Shown here in pieces: positions 1 through 13,582 of a stretch of 64,000 bases of DNA. Source of the DNA: Mobula hypostoma. Lineage: Eukaryota. The notes below the pieces were generated by a model, which was not told the DNA's origin, ran no database searches, and saw nothing but the letters and a program-made list of their open reading frames with translations. The stretch spans positions 103,666,001 through 103,730,000 of the forward strand of contig NC_086107.1 of the NCBI RefSeq assembly GCF_963921235.1, written 5' to 3'. A program made the translations under genes and the position numbers. Position 1 is the first letter of the stretch, and every line of letters starts with the position of its first letter.

Positions 1-1342
1 CTGATTTACCCCCTGTTTCCTATACATTTCATACAACTCCCTCTTCTTCTTTATCAGAGTTGCAATATCCCTTGAGAGCCAAGGTTCCTTATTCCTATTC
101 AATTTGCCTTTAATCCTGACAGGAACATTCAAACTCTGCACTCTCAAAATTTCCCCTTTGAAGGCTTCCCAACTACCAATCACATCTTTGCCAGAGAACA
201 ACCTGTCCCAATCCACGCTTTTTAGATCCTTTCTCATTTCTTCAAATTTGGCCTTCTTCCAGTTCAGAACCTCAACCCTAGGACCAGATCTATCCTTGTC
301 CATGATCAAATTGAAACTAATGACGTTATGATCACTGGAACCAAAGTGCTCCCCTACACAGACTTCCGTCACTTGCCCTAATTCGTTTCGTAACAGGAGA
401 TCCAATATTGCACCCCCTCTAGTTGGTCCCTCTATATACTGATTTAGAAAACTTCCCTGAACACATTTTACAAACTCTAAACCATCTAGACCCTTAACAG
501 TATGGGAGTCCCAATCAATGTATGGAAAATTAAAATCCCCTACCACCACAACTTTATGTTTCCTGCAGTTGTCTGCTATCTCTCTGCAGATTTGCTCTTC
601 CAAGTCTCGTTGACTATTGGGTGGTCTGTAATACAATCCCACTAATGTGGCCATACCTTTCCTGTTTCTCAGCTCCACCCATAAGGACTCAGTAGACAAG
701 CCCTCTAATTTGTCCTGCCTGAGCACTGCTGTAATATTTTCCCTAACGAGCAATGCTACCACCACCCCCCCCCACCCCACCTTTCATTCCTCTGCCTCGA
801 TCACATCTGAAACATCGGAACCCTGGAATATTAAGCTGCCAGTCCTGCCCCTGCTGTAGCTGAATTTCACTAATTGCTTTAACATCATAATTCCACGTGT
901 CAATCCACGCCCTCAACTCATCCACCTTCCCTACAATACTCCTAGCATTGAAATATATACACCTCAGAAGATTTTTACCACCACTCACAACCTTTCTATT
1001 TGCAGCTTTGCTTGAACTTTTAACATCATTTATTTTCACCCCAGCCACACTGTCAGCTCTGACACTCTGGTTCCCATCCCCCTGCAAATCTAGTTTAAAG
1101 CCTCCCCAATAGCACTAACAAACCTCCCTGAAAGGATATTGGTCCCCTTGTAGTTCAAGTGTAACCCGTCTCTCTTGTACAGGTCCCACCTGCCCCAGAA
1201 GAGGTCCCAATGATCCTGAAATCTGAAACCCTGCCCCCTACACCAGTTCCTCAGCCACTTGTTCCTCCTCCAGAGCATCCTATTCCTACCCTCACTGGCA
1301 CTTAGCACAGGTAGCAATCCTGAGATTACCACCCTGGATTCC
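1..1342 (-). mobile_element. CR1 LINE: ORF1 C-terminus (SGNH esterase-like) and disrupted ORF2 APE endonuclease region; runs off the window start
   Basis: ORF 1090-1344 has ...FQDHWDLFWGRWDLYKRDGLHLN...ALN*; ORF 743-1087 has CIYFNARSIVGKVDEL; the frame breaks near the C-run at ~765-780. Confidence 0.9.
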
Positions 1343-1620
1343 ATTTCATTCTATTCTCCCCGCATTCCCATCGCTTCCCCCACCCACCCAATACTCTACC
1401 ACTCACCCACACACACAAGGGTTGTTGTTCCTTTCCGCACCCTGTGGTGCATCGGGTAGCATATTTTGCCGTTTCCATAGCATTTTGACTGTTTTTTTTT
1501 AAACAAGACCGAGCGGCTAGCTCGACGCCCAGCCCAGCATGGATGGAAAGCGTGCAAGGGGCCGGCCGGATTTGAACCCAGGATCCTTGGCCTGGAAGTC
1601 CCACTACACCACCAGTGGGC

Positions 1621-1972
<352 letters not shown>

Positions 1973-2597
1973 GAGAAATCGGCTCCTTGTATCTTGGCAG
2001 GATTCTTGTTTTCCTCTCGGCATTAGTTGTCCCCAAGCGATGTCGGCACCCAGAATTCATCTCCTCTGGACAGCATTTCTCAGCAGCTGCCTGAGCTCCC
2101 TCTTAACCCCCTGGGAGCTCTCTCTCACCACCCCCCCTGCACATTCTCCCACTGTCGCTAACTAGCAGGTCGCCCCCGCAGACGCATGTCCCTTTAAGGT
2201 CTGGCTGTCACGGCCGCAGCTGCTAGGTTTAAGTGTTGGCAGCTGCAAACACAGATGCCAGGTCAAAGGAGAACTTTACCCTGATACTGACACAATACAG
2301 AGCCACCCGATAGCCCTGCTTTGTTGTAAATCATTCTTGGTTGAATCAGATTCCGATTCTGATTTATTTATCACACGTGCATTGAAACATACAGTAAAAC
2401 AACCAGCATGACCCAGGGATGTGCTGGAAACGGCTCACAAGTGACGCCACACTTACCAGTGCAAACGTAGCTCGGCCACAATGCTCAGCAGAACAACACA
2501 GAACACAATGAAACACAGCACAACAAGCAATGGAATTACAGGAAAACAAGCTCCTTTGCTCCCTCCCACCCACCCTCACACATGGACATTATAGACA

Positions 2598-2792
2598 GTC
2601 CTCCAGTCTCCAGTCTCCGTCTATGGCCTTCCGTCTCCGTCTCCAGCCTCTCATTCCATCTCTGGCCTTTTGTCTCCATTTCCTGCCTCTCGTTCCCATC
2701 TCTGGTCTCTGGCCTCCCGTCTCTGTCTCCTGCCTCTCGTCTCCGGTCTCTGCCCTCTCATCTCCATCTCCATCTCCGTCTCCAGTCTCCAG
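2598..2792. repeat. Degenerate (GTCTCC)n low-complexity tract
   Basis: Repeated gtctcc/atctcc hexamers. Confidence 0.7.
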
Positions 2793-3464
2793 GCTTCACC
2801 CATCAGGCTTCGACTTCTGGACTTCCGATTGGGTTTCTGTCTTTGGTATCAACCCTCAGACTAGCCGACGACGGGACCCTGAACTGACTGACTGGCTCTC
2901 GAACCTCCTGCTCACACGGCCATCTCATCCTGGAACACCCCACCACCCCCCCGCCCCCGACCTGGGACAGCCCGACACCCACGGATGGCGACCTGACCCC
3001 CTAGCTACCCTCTCTGTCCCCGAAACCACCTCTACAGACTTAAAAATCTGTCTGGGGAGAGTTGCTGGGAATGCGGAGAGAATAAAGTGACAGTGAATTC
3101 CAGTTCATTGGGCTGTCGGATAACCGTGGCGGCCACTTATCTGGGGCAACTCAAAGAAAATGACAGGATTCCCTTCGTTTATTTGGGACATGATGCCGCT
3201 TAATTGGGGCAGGAGACTGTTGCTGAACAGCTTCTAACTCGTGTGGCCATTTGACACTATACCAAGCTTAGAGAGGCAACACATCCCATTCACTTAACAC
3301 TCTGTAAAAAAAAAACCTACCTCTCACATTCCCCACCTGTACTTCCCTCCAATCACCTTAAAATTATGCCACTACCACCCTGGGAAAAGGCACTGCCTGT
3401 CCACTCCATCTAAAACTATTCAGCAAAGAAGAGCCCAGCTGAAATTTCACTCTTAGACGATAAA

Positions 3465-3912
3465 ACACATGAGCCGAACTTGACCATTTGTGGCCGATGG
3501 AGTTTGTTGCCATTCCATCATGGCTGATTTATTTTTGGTCTCAACACCGCTCTCCTGCCTTTGCTCCATAATTTTTGATGTCCTTCCAAATTGAGAACTT
3601 GCCAACCTCTTCTTTAAGTATTCCAAATAACTTGGCCTCCACACCCATCTGTGGCAATGAATTCTACAGACTCAGCATCCTCTGGTTAAAGAAACTCCTC
3701 CTCATCTCTGTTCAAAGGAGACGTCCTCGTGTTCTGAGGTTGTGCCCCCTGGTCCTTGACTCCCCCACTGTTGGAAACCTCCTCTCCACATCCACTCTAT
3801 CCAAACCTTATTCAACAGGGTTCAATGAGATCCACTCCCCCCACCAAACTCATTCTTCTAAACTCCAGAACAGGCCCAGAGCCATCAATTGCTCCACTTT
3901 CATTTCTGGGAT
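3465..3912 (-). mobile_element. CR1 3' fragment
   Basis: Reverse complement matches the ORF2 C-terminus and 3'UTR of other CR1 copies in the window. Confidence 0.8.
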
Positions 3913-5834
3913 AATTCGATTAGAATATTAGATTAGATTAGATTATGAGGACACTCAGTCCTCATTTATTGTCATTTAGAAATGCATGCATTAAAAAATG
4001 ATACAACATTCCTCCAGAATGATATCACAGAAACACAAGACAAACCGAGACTAAATCTGACAAAACCACATACAGTAATTATAACATATAGTTAGAACAG
4101 TGCAAAGCAATACCATAATTTGATAAAGAGCAAACCATGGGCACGGTAAAAAAAAGTCTCAAAGTCCCGATAGACTCATCATCTCACGCAGACGGCAGAA
4201 GGGAGAAACTCTCCCTGCCATGAACCTCCAAGCGCCGCAAACTTGCCGATGCAGCATCATTGGAAGCTCCCGACCACAATGGACTCTGAGTCCGTCCGAA
4301 AACTTCGAGCCTCCGACCAGCCCCTCCGACACAGCCTCTCTGAGCACCATCCTCTGCCGAGCGCTTCGACCCCGCCCCGGCCACCGAGCAACAAGCAAAA
4401 CCGAGGACTCGAGGCCTTCCCCTCCGGAGATTCTGGATCACACAGTAGCAGCAGCAGCGAAGCAGGCATTTCAGAAGTTTCACCAGATGTTCCTCCGTGC
4501 TGTCACGTACGTCTCCATCAAATCAGGATTGTGCACGGCACCCTACTTGACAGATAACAGACATCACCACCGGAGTGGCCGCTGCGAGCTGCGTTGCGTC
4601 GCCATCTTCTCCTCTCCTCTTTAATTCCTGTAGACTTCCTCTGGAGCCTCTGCAATGTCGGCACTTCCTTTCTCAGATAAGGGGACCTAAACTGCTCAGA
4701 GTGGTTTAACAATGTGAAGGTAAATGCAGCCAGCTACAGGGCAGGCAGTTTAATTTTGCTGGTGGGAAAGCCGATAGCAGTGATAATCCAAGATGCATTT
4801 AACGGCCAAAGAAAATCAAAAAGCTGCAGACATTTGGAATCTGAAATGCTGGATAAACTTGGCAAGTCAGGCAGCATTTTTGTGAAGAGAGATAGTCAAC
4901 ATTTCAGGTCTGGGACTCTAGATCAGAACTGGGAAAGGGGGAAACAAGTTGGTCTCGGTAGTGGGACAACGATGGGTGGGATGAAGGGAATTTACAGAGT
5001 GCCTGTGTCCAGTCCTCAGGAGTGACCATGACGTGCCACCTTAATTCTCCACCCCACTCCCACTCTGACCTCTCTGTCTGTCGTCTCCTGCCTTGTTACA
5101 GTGCGGCCCAATGCAACGTCAAAGCTTTCCACCGTCTGGGCCACGGCATCTATTAGCAACCACCATCGGCCAGGAGCTACAGAAATCTGAGGTCCTACAC
5201 CGTCAAGTTCAAGAACAGCAACTTTCTGTTCCTGAACCAACTGGCAAAACCCTAATCACCGCATTTAACACACTGTGACCTCCTTGATCATTTTACCCCA
5301 AATGGGCTTCTAATCTTTCCCTCCTACATAGCCCTCCAGTTTTCTTTCATCCATGTGCCTATCTAAGAGTCTTTTAAATGTCCCTAATGGATCAGTCTTT
5401 ACTACCATCCCTGGAAACGCATTACACACACCCACCACTCTCTGTGTAAAAAGAAAAACTACCTTTGACATCCCCCCCTATACTTTCCTCCAATCAACTA
5501 TTAATTGTGTTCTTTCCTGTAAAAAACGTGCCTAATACTGAGGCTTTGGACCCACTCCTGGCTGCTCCAAGTAGGACTCCATCTGGTTCGGAATGCTGTT
5601 GTTGTTGCTAGTTTCTGGTGTTTACATGATTTGTTTTTTTTTTCTTTTTGTGCGCATTGGGGGTTGGTCTTTTTTTAACTGGGTTTCTTGCTTTGTGACT
5701 GCCTGTAAGCAAACAAATCTCAAGGTTGTATAACTTATGCATTGTTTGATAATAAATTTACTTGAATAATAATTTACATTTTTCTTGCGAGTGGCGCATA
5801 TATGATGCTGCTGCAAGTAAGTTTTCCACTGCCC

Positions 5835-6432
5835 CTATGGATGTGATGTTGAAATTTTATAACACACTGGTGAGGACTCAACTTGTACTGTGAGCAGTTT
5901 GGAGCCTCTTATGCTAGAAAAGATGTGTTGAAACTGGAGAGGATTCAAAAGTTCACAAAACATGATTCCAGTATTGAATGGCTTATCATATGAAGAGTGT
6001 TTGATGGCTCTGGGCCTGTACTCACTGGAATTCAGAAGACTGAGGGATGACCTCATTGAAACCTATCAAATGTTGAAAGGCTTGATAAGAATGGATGTGG
6101 AGAGGACGTTTCCGATGGTGGGAGAGTCTAAGACCAGAGGACACAGCCTCAGAATAGAGGGGCATCCTTTTAGAATGGAGATGAGAAGAAATTTCTTTAG
6201 CCAGAGAGTGGAGAATCTGTGGAATTCTTTGCCACAAGCAGCTGTGGAGGCCAAGTCTTCATGTTTATTTAAGGCAGAGGTTGATAGATTCTTGATTGGT
6301 CAGGGCACACAGGGATTATGGGGAGAAGGCAGGAGACTGGGGCTGAGAGGAAAATTGGATCAGCCATGATGAAATGGTGGAGCAGACTCGATGGGCCAAA
6401 TGGCCTAATTCTGCTCCTATATCTTATGGTTT
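5835..6432 (+). mobile_element. CR1 3' fragment
   Basis: ORF 5962-6369 has LGLYSLEFRRLRDDLIE...TRGHSLRI...FFSQRV; 3' tail tcttatggt. Confidence 0.9.
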
Positions 6433-7379
6433 TATGCATATAGGTACTTGCGCATCTATAAACTGAACTTTAACTTTGAATCTGGTTCAGATTAATTTAC
6501 TTATCACTATACTATATATATACTATACTATATATAGCAGATTTTTACATATAACCCGTAATTAATTATTTAAACGAACAAGAATACTTAATTAAACAAT
6601 ATATTTATAAGGTTACTCAAATATTATTGAAATATTAAGTACCTACACAACAACCAACACAATCTAATGATGCACTGGGGGCGGGGGCAGCAAATGTCGA
6701 CACAGATTCTGATGCCAACATAGCAGAGCCACCATGTTCACAGAACAACACAAACAACAACAATACAACAGCAACACAAACAACAACAGCACTGCAGACT
6801 CCTTACCTCCCCACGCACACACAGAGCCAGTCCTCCAGCCCCACAACGCCCCGTCTCCAGCCCCCTGCCTCCGGGTTACAGTGAACTCGCAGCTACGCGG
6901 ATATCGGACTACAGATAGTGAATCTTTGAAGAAACACTATTGCACCATTTATTATTTATTGTTATTATAACTTACAGTAATTTTTTAGCATAATACACTG
7001 TACTGCCATCACAACATGCTGCCAATCTGATTCTGGTCCAGCGTTGTCAGAGATTTCCGAAACTGTTACGCACCCAGAAACCAGAAGCAGCAGTTAGTGA
7101 AGCTAAACCCAGCGATGAAGAGATGTGAATTTTTAGACCTGATATTGCAGGATTGCTTCATCTGTACTATGGTTCAAAGACCTGAGATTGAAGTATTTAA
7201 TAAGGGAGCTTACAGAACGATCACTGATTCAGGATTCAGGCTTGTTTAATGTCATTTTCAGCCACAAGTGTGAAGGAGAACGAAATAATTGTTACTCCAG
7301 ACCCCATGCCACACAAATAAAACACAATAAGATAAAGAACGCAACAGTAATCATTAAAAAATAAACAATAAGTATAAAG

Positions 7380-7705
7380 CAAAACACAGACTATACTGGA
7401 GGAACTCAGAAATTCAGACAGCATCGATGGAAATGAAGAAACAGTCGATGTTTCGGGCCGAGGCCTTCTTCAGGAAAGGAAGTGGGGAGACGCCAAGATA
7501 AAAATGTGTGGGGAGGGGAAGGAGGCGAGCTTGAAGGTGGTGGGTGAAGCCGGGTGGGTGGGAAAGATAAAGGGCTGGAGAAGAAGGAGTTTGATAAGAG
7601 AGGAGAGTGGACCATAGGAGAAAGGGAAAGAGGAGGGGACTCAGGGGGGAGGTGATAGGCTGATGAGAAGAGGCTAGCGTGGGGAATAGAAGACGGGAGG
7701 TAGGG
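7380..7705 (-). mobile_element. Penelope-like element terminal fragment with degenerate hammerhead
   Basis: Minus strand ctgaagaaggcctcggcccgaaacatcgactg; same pyrimidine-rich tract as the 53.6-53.9 kb copy. Confidence 0.7.
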
Positions 7706-8537
7706 AGGTTTTGTTTTACATAAATACACAAGATATCTTACATACATAGATTAAAGGGAGACCAGGTGCAACGGTGTTTGTACATAAGGTGAATGACAGG
7801 AAATGATAAAACTGTGGACGTGGAGACAGTGTTTAAAAACATTTAAGTTATTTTGCTCTGGGCACAATCCCAACCTTGGTTTGTTGGGGTGGAGCTGTTC
7901 AGTGGTGGTGCCCACAGCTACAGACCAAGTGCTGGTGAATGAGAAAGGAAATGTCACTGTACCTTTAAGAACCATGTATCACATGGTAAGATTTTGATAT
8001 ATTGTTGCAGCCCTTTAGATGATAATTACTTAGTTCAATAAAAGATGTTCTATGATATTTCTGCATCCCTTTATCAGCAAAACTGAAGAGTTTCACATAC
8101 AACAAAGAGCACAAAATCATAAAGGTCCTATCTCATCTCCATACATCAGCTGGAGTGTTATATTCATTTCTGGTCACCCTACTGCTCGAGGGAGGTTGTG
8201 GGGGAGATTTTATGGAATGATTCTAGAGGTGGGGGATCAGTTCTGCTTAGACTGAGGGGGATAATATTAACCATGAATGGGGAGAGATCTGAGAGGTGAT
8301 TTAACAGGGGAATTCAAAATGACCAAGGATGCTGAGAAAGTGAAGAAGGAGAAATGTTCCCACTGGCCGGGGGATGGAGGACTTGATCGGCTAAAGTAAC
8401 GGGAAGAGAAAAGACTTTCTCATAGTCAGGCTCAGAAGCAGATTAATTTATGGAGAGTGAGATAAACTGTGGGCTAGGAACTAGGGAGAGCGAATGGTTC
8501 AGTGACAGAATGGGCAGAATAGTCCTGCAGAGCTATG

Positions 8538-8546
8538 AGTGAGAAT

Positions 8547-8578
<32 letters not shown>

Positions 8579-8710
8579 ATCTATTTGTATGTACTTTTCT
8601 GAGTGTGCATGTATCTGTGTATGAGTGTGTGTGTATGTGTGTCCATGCATGTCTCTGAGTGTGCATGTATCTCTGTGTGTATGCATGCATGTATCAGTGT
8701 GTGTGTGTGC
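8538..8710. repeat. (GA)n plus degenerate (TG)n microsatellite; a second TG tract lies at 9188-9370
   Basis: Direct observation. Confidence 0.9.
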
Positions 8711-9414
8711 TGTCAGGGAATATTCTGGAGTTAGGGTATATAACAAATACAAATTTCAACAGCAGCCTGTCTTCAGAACTGAACATGGATTGTAGATTGA
8801 ATTTAAAATGCAGCTGTGAACAACGGTCTTCCTGGAGCTGCAAATTGGGTTGATTGCAAACAAAGAAACACTCCATTTGACAGCAGATGACTGCATTTGC
8901 ATGAACGCGGCCCAGAATCGGTGGGAATTAACATCCATTTCGCGTGTCTGGAGTGTGGGTGTGGAGATGGAAGTGTTTGAAAAGTTTATATGTAATTCAA
9001 AGGAAGCATTGTAGATACATTGTAAATAGAGAATTGTCCTGCGGTTACCTTTGATCTTTAGCGTATAAAAATGTCATGTGATATTGAGTCAGACAGGCCC
9101 CTTCTTCCAAGAGTGTCTCGAGTATGATGACTGCTGCTCATTTTGCTGAATAAAGACTTTTCTATTCACTAGCTTCAGTGTCTCCCCATGTGTGTGCATA
9201 TACCTGAGTGTGTATGTATCTGTGTGTGTCTGTGTCTGTGTCTGTGTATATATACGCATGTATACCTGCATGCGTATGTATCGATATATGGGTGTGTGTG
9301 TGTGTGTGTGTGTGTCTGTGTGTATTCACGTGTACCTGAGTGTGTGAGTATCTGTATGTGTACATGTGTGTCCCACATTGTTGACTGGTACTGATTTTTT
9401 TCTCCCTGTTTCAG

Positions 9415-9460
9415 TCTGCACCATTGAAATTCTTTGTCAAAGTGTGAAATTCCACAGTGG
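9415..9460 (+). other. Candidate non-coding 5'UTR exon of the TEAD gene
   Basis: Strong pyrimidine tract tttttttctccctgtttcag, 46 nt, donor TGG|gtgagc, ~420 nt upstream of the first coding exon. No transcript evidence. Confidence 0.4.
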
Positions 9461-9929
9461 GTGAGCAGTCTACTGCACCAGAACAATATGACCAGCAAGA
9501 ACGAAAAGCTTCAGTGTGCGATGGTGAAAATGAGAGAGCTAGAAACAGTGGTTAAAATCATAAAATTATTACATTGGCTGCTGGCTTCTCTTCCAATCAT
9601 ATTCACTTTTTCAACTGTCTTCAAGTCCTTCCCCATCGATGAGCATCTCTTCCCTTCTCCAGTTCATTCCTCTCCCAGTGCTTTACCCTTTTGACAGTTA
9701 GTTGCAGAATTCGTAAGTGGGGAGGAAATAAGGAAGAGGGAAGTGGAAGAAATGCAAGCTATGTGCAAACAGAAACAGGGTGGAGATCTGAAATGAGTGC
9801 TCCATCCCCAGCCCGTCTGCATGATGCAGCTGTAACTCCTGGGCAAGTTCCTCCAATGCCTCCTCTGTTTTCTCTCAGCAGGTCGGTGCTGCCTCCAAGC
9901 TAAGGCTTGGTCACCCACAAGGAGGCAAA

Positions 9930-10131
9930 ATAGAGGCGAACGGCTGGGGCGAGGGCATGAGCCCTGACCGTGACTCGGAGGCAATGAGCAACTCGATTGA
10001 CAAGAGCCTGGACAACGATGCGGAGGGAGTGTGGAGTGCCGATATCGAGCAGAGCTTCCAGGAGGCGCTGGCCATCTACCCGCCGTGCGGCAGGCGGAAG
10101 ATTATCCTGTCGGACGAAGGGAAGATGTACG
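9930..10131 (+). CDS. TEAD-family transcription factor, first coding exon (N-terminus and start of TEA domain), putative ATA start
   Basis: Reads (I/M)[67 protein letters not shown]. The 202 coding nt are colinear with TEAD1 as recalled. Acceptor ...ttttctctcag/cag at 9878/9881; donor G|gtgagt at 10132. Confidence 0.95.
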
Positions 10132-10627
10132 GTGAGTGACCGTGGTGGGGTGAATGACCACTGAACAGAGATGGCAATATTTTGTTTCCCTCGAGCTGGA
10201 GGGAAGCACCATGAGGCCTGATAGCGGCAGGGACGCCGGTTCGATCCTGACCTCCGGCACTGACTGGGTGGAGTTTTCACGTTCTCCCTGTGATTTCCCT
10301 TCGTGTGCCAAGTGGTAAACAGCACCACAGGGGAGTTGTTGTGTACGTGTGAGGGAGAATGAGTAGCAGTGGTTCAGAGGAATAAGAAGAGGGGATTGAT
10401 GGGGATTTCCTGCTGGGAGCTGGCAGGCACCTGATGGGCCAAATGGCCTCATTCTTTATTATAATAAGTCAGTAAATAAGAATGAGTCGGTCTGTTAGCT
10501 CACTGAATGTCCTCTGTTGGTATCTTATCAAACATTGCTTGACACTCAGGGTGCCCTGAATTTAAGTGTCCATATTAGCCATTAAGTCATAAGGCAAGGA
10601 AACAGGCCTTTCAGCCCATTTAGGAAT

Positions 10628-11000
10628 GCTTACTTACGGCCCGTAACACTGCTGGAGTTTAGGGCAGCAGCGAAGGTCCTCCATCTCTCTCTGTCGTTGG
10701 CCATTCCCTCTATTGTGCCCCAGGTGTGGCTCGGGGTTCTCATTTGCACGCAGATTCTTCATTGCTGTTTCTGAAACAGTTTTGCTTGACCAGTCAGGGT
10801 TGTTACCCTGAGCCGAACCCCCAAACCTGGAGGACCGGTGGACCACTCTCAGTTGGGCCTCTACCCTTTGACCTGTTTGGCGTGGGTGACCCTACCCAGA
10901 GCCAAAGCGCAAGGCCCTGGCTCCAGACAACAGCCCTCCGGGTCATTGAGGCACACAAACCTCCAAACCCAACGACAAGGTTGTGGACCTCTTGGAGGAG
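10628..11000 (-). mobile_element. Non-autonomous bipartite RTE-like element (5'UTR joined to 3' end)
   Basis: Minus-strand TAAG-repeat tail; the 5' part (accttgtcgt...ggtagggtcaccca.gccaaacaggtc) resembles RTE/Expander 5'UTRs as recalled. Confidence 0.5.
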
Positions 11001-11059
11001 TTAACAATATAACGTGGAAATCAGATCCAAAATTCCTTGAAAGAGATGTCACGGGTCAT

Positions 11060-11690
11060 AAAGAAAGCTTTTGGAACATTAGCCTTCATAAATCAAAGTA
11101 CCGAGTACAGGAGATGGGATGTTATTTGTACAAGACATTAGCAAGGCCTAATTTGGAGTACTGTGCGCAGTCCTGGTTATCGATACCTTCCTACAGGAAA
11201 GATATCAACAAGATAGGGACAATACAGGGAAAACTTACTAGGATGTTGCCAGGAGGTGAAGACCTGAGCTATAGGGAAAAGTTGAATAAATTAGGACTTA
11301 ATTCCCCGGTGTGCAGGAGAATGAGGGGAGGTTGGATAGAGGTACACAAAATTATGAGGGATCTAGATGGAGTAAATGCAAGCAGGCTTGTTCCACCGAG
11401 GCTAGGTGAGACTAGAATTAGAAGTCAAGGGTTAAGGGTGAAAGGTGAAAAGTTTAAAGGGACTCTGAGGGGGAATTTTTTTACACAGAGGCTGGCGCAA
11501 GTGTGGAATGAGCAGCCAGTGGAAAGAGTGGATGTAGGTTTGATTTTTACATTTAAGAGGAGTTTGGATAGTACATGAATGGCAGGGGTATGCAGGGCTA
11601 TGGTCCTGGTGCAGGTCGATGGGAGTAGGCAGATTGGCACAGAGTAGATGGGCCAAAGGGCCTACTTTAGTGCTGTACTGGTCTATAACT
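11060..11690 (+). mobile_element. CR1 3' fragment
   Basis: LYKTLARPNLEYCAQSW...GNFFTQR motifs. Confidence 0.85.
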
Positions 11691-12065
11691 CAATGAGTCT
11701 GTGCTGACCGTCAAATACCATTTGCACTGTTCCCGTTCTCCCCCAGTGTTCCCAATCACCTCCTTTCAGACTCCATCACTTACCTGAAAACTGGGGATAA
11801 TTATCAGCAGCCAATTGGCTCATCGATCTGTTCGTCTTTAGGGAACAGAAGCACACAGGGAGAACCCGCACAATCATGCAAACTCCACGCAAACGACCTC
11901 CAAGGTCAGGATTGAACCCACGACATAGGAACCTTGAGGCAGAAGCTCCATCAGCTGTACCACCCTGCAGCATAATTCTCCCATCAAAACATTTTCCTTT
12001 CCTCTCCCGAAAGCACTGGCCTGTTCCAGGGTACAGGCCCGGCATTCCTTCCAGCTTAAAACATG

Positions 12066-12575
12066 TCATAGAACATAGAATAGTACAGTACAGGACAGGC
12101 CATTCGGCTCACAATGTTGTGCCGAACCAGCTAAAAAGCAAATTTACAAAAATCCCAAAAAAATCACTCTTACCTACACAATGTCCATATCCCTCCATCT
12201 TCCTCATATTCATGTGCCTACCTAAACGTCTCTTAGAAAATGCTAACTTATTTGTGTCTACCACCATACCAGGCAGCACATTCCAGGCATCCACTACTCT
12301 TTGAGTAAAAAACTTACCCCTCACATCCCCTTTGAACCTACCCCTCTCATCTTCAATGTATGCCCTCTGGTATTAGACATCTCTACCCTGGGAAACAGAT
12401 ACTCCCTGTCTACTCTGTCGATGCCTCTCATAATCTTATAAACCTCTATTAGATCTCCCCTCTGCCTCCTCTGCTCCAGAGAAAACAACCCAATTTTGTC
12501 CAGCCTCTAATTAAGACAGCATCCTGGTAAACCTCTTCTGCACCCTCTCCAAAACCTTGACATCCTTCCTATAGT
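12066..12575 (-). mobile_element. CR1 3' fragment
   Basis: RGKFFTQRVVDAWNVLP motif; ttctatg tail. Confidence 0.85.
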
Positions 12576-12799
12576 GTCAATCCCTATCTTTTCCAAACTC
12601 TAGCTTAAGTTCAGAGATGAAACGGGTCTTAAAGTATAGGGAATTTGGAGAGAAGGAAATCCGGAACCTTTGCTAAGGTGTGAGGGTATGGCGAGGATGG
12701 TGGGAGTCCTTGAAGATAGATTCTGCTCTCTTGTGGCAGTGCTCCTTGTAGTTGTATTCAGTGCTGAGGAGAGGGTTTTGTCTGTAATGGACTGGGCTG

Positions 12800-13582
12800 T
12801 ATACTTATACTTTATACTATATTGTCGCCAAACAATTGATACTAGAATGTACAATCATCACAGCGATATTTGATTCTGCGCTTCCCGCTCCCTGGATTAC
12901 AAATCGATAGTAAATATTAAAAATTTAAATTATAAATCATAAGTAGAAAATAGAAAAATGGAAAGTAAGGTAGTGCAAAAAATACTGAGAGGCAGGTCCA
13001 GATATTTGGAGGGTACGGCCCAGGATCCGTTCAGCAGTCTTATCACAGTTGGAAAGAAGCTGTTCCCAAAGCTGGCCGTACGAGTCTTCAAGCTCCTGAG
13101 CCTTCTCCCGGAGGGAAGAGGGATGAAAAGTGTGTTGGCTGGATGGTTTGTGTCCTTGATTATCCTGGCAGCACTGCTCTGACAGCGTGCGGTGTAAAGT
13201 GAGTCCACGGACAGAAGATTGGTTTGTGTGATGTGCTGCGCTGTGTTCACGATCTTCTGCAGTTTTTTCCGGTCTTGGACAGGACAACTTCCATACCAGG
13301 TTTTGATGCACCCTAGAAGAATGTTTTCTATGGTGCATCTATAAAAATTAGTGAGGGTTTTAGGGAACAGGCCAAATTTCTTTAGTTTTCTCAGGAAGTA
13401 AAGGTGCTGGTGGGCTTTCTTGGCAGTGGACTCTGCTTGGTTGGACCAAGTCAGGTCATTTGTGATATTGACCCCGAGGAACTTGAAGCTTTTGACCTGA
13501 TCCACTTGCGCACCACCGATGTAAATTGAGTCATGCGGTCCGCTACTCCTTCTGAAGTCAACAACCAATTCCTTCGTCTTGC
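12800..13582 (-). mobile_element. Rex1/Babar-type LINE 3' fragment, nested in an older Rex1 copy
   Basis: SKTKELVVDFRR, FKFLGVNITNDLTWS, LYFLRKL, FYRCTIE and NSFFPTVIRLLN motifs; AGTATAA-repeat tail. Confidence 0.85.

Noticed and set aside
8700..9160. Enhancer (octamer ATTTGCAT, E-boxes) upstream of the first coding exon
   Set aside because: Short motifs are expected by chance and no conservation data are available.
9957..10139. Stand-alone 60-aa ORF
   Set aside because: It is the first TEAD coding exon read through its splice donor.
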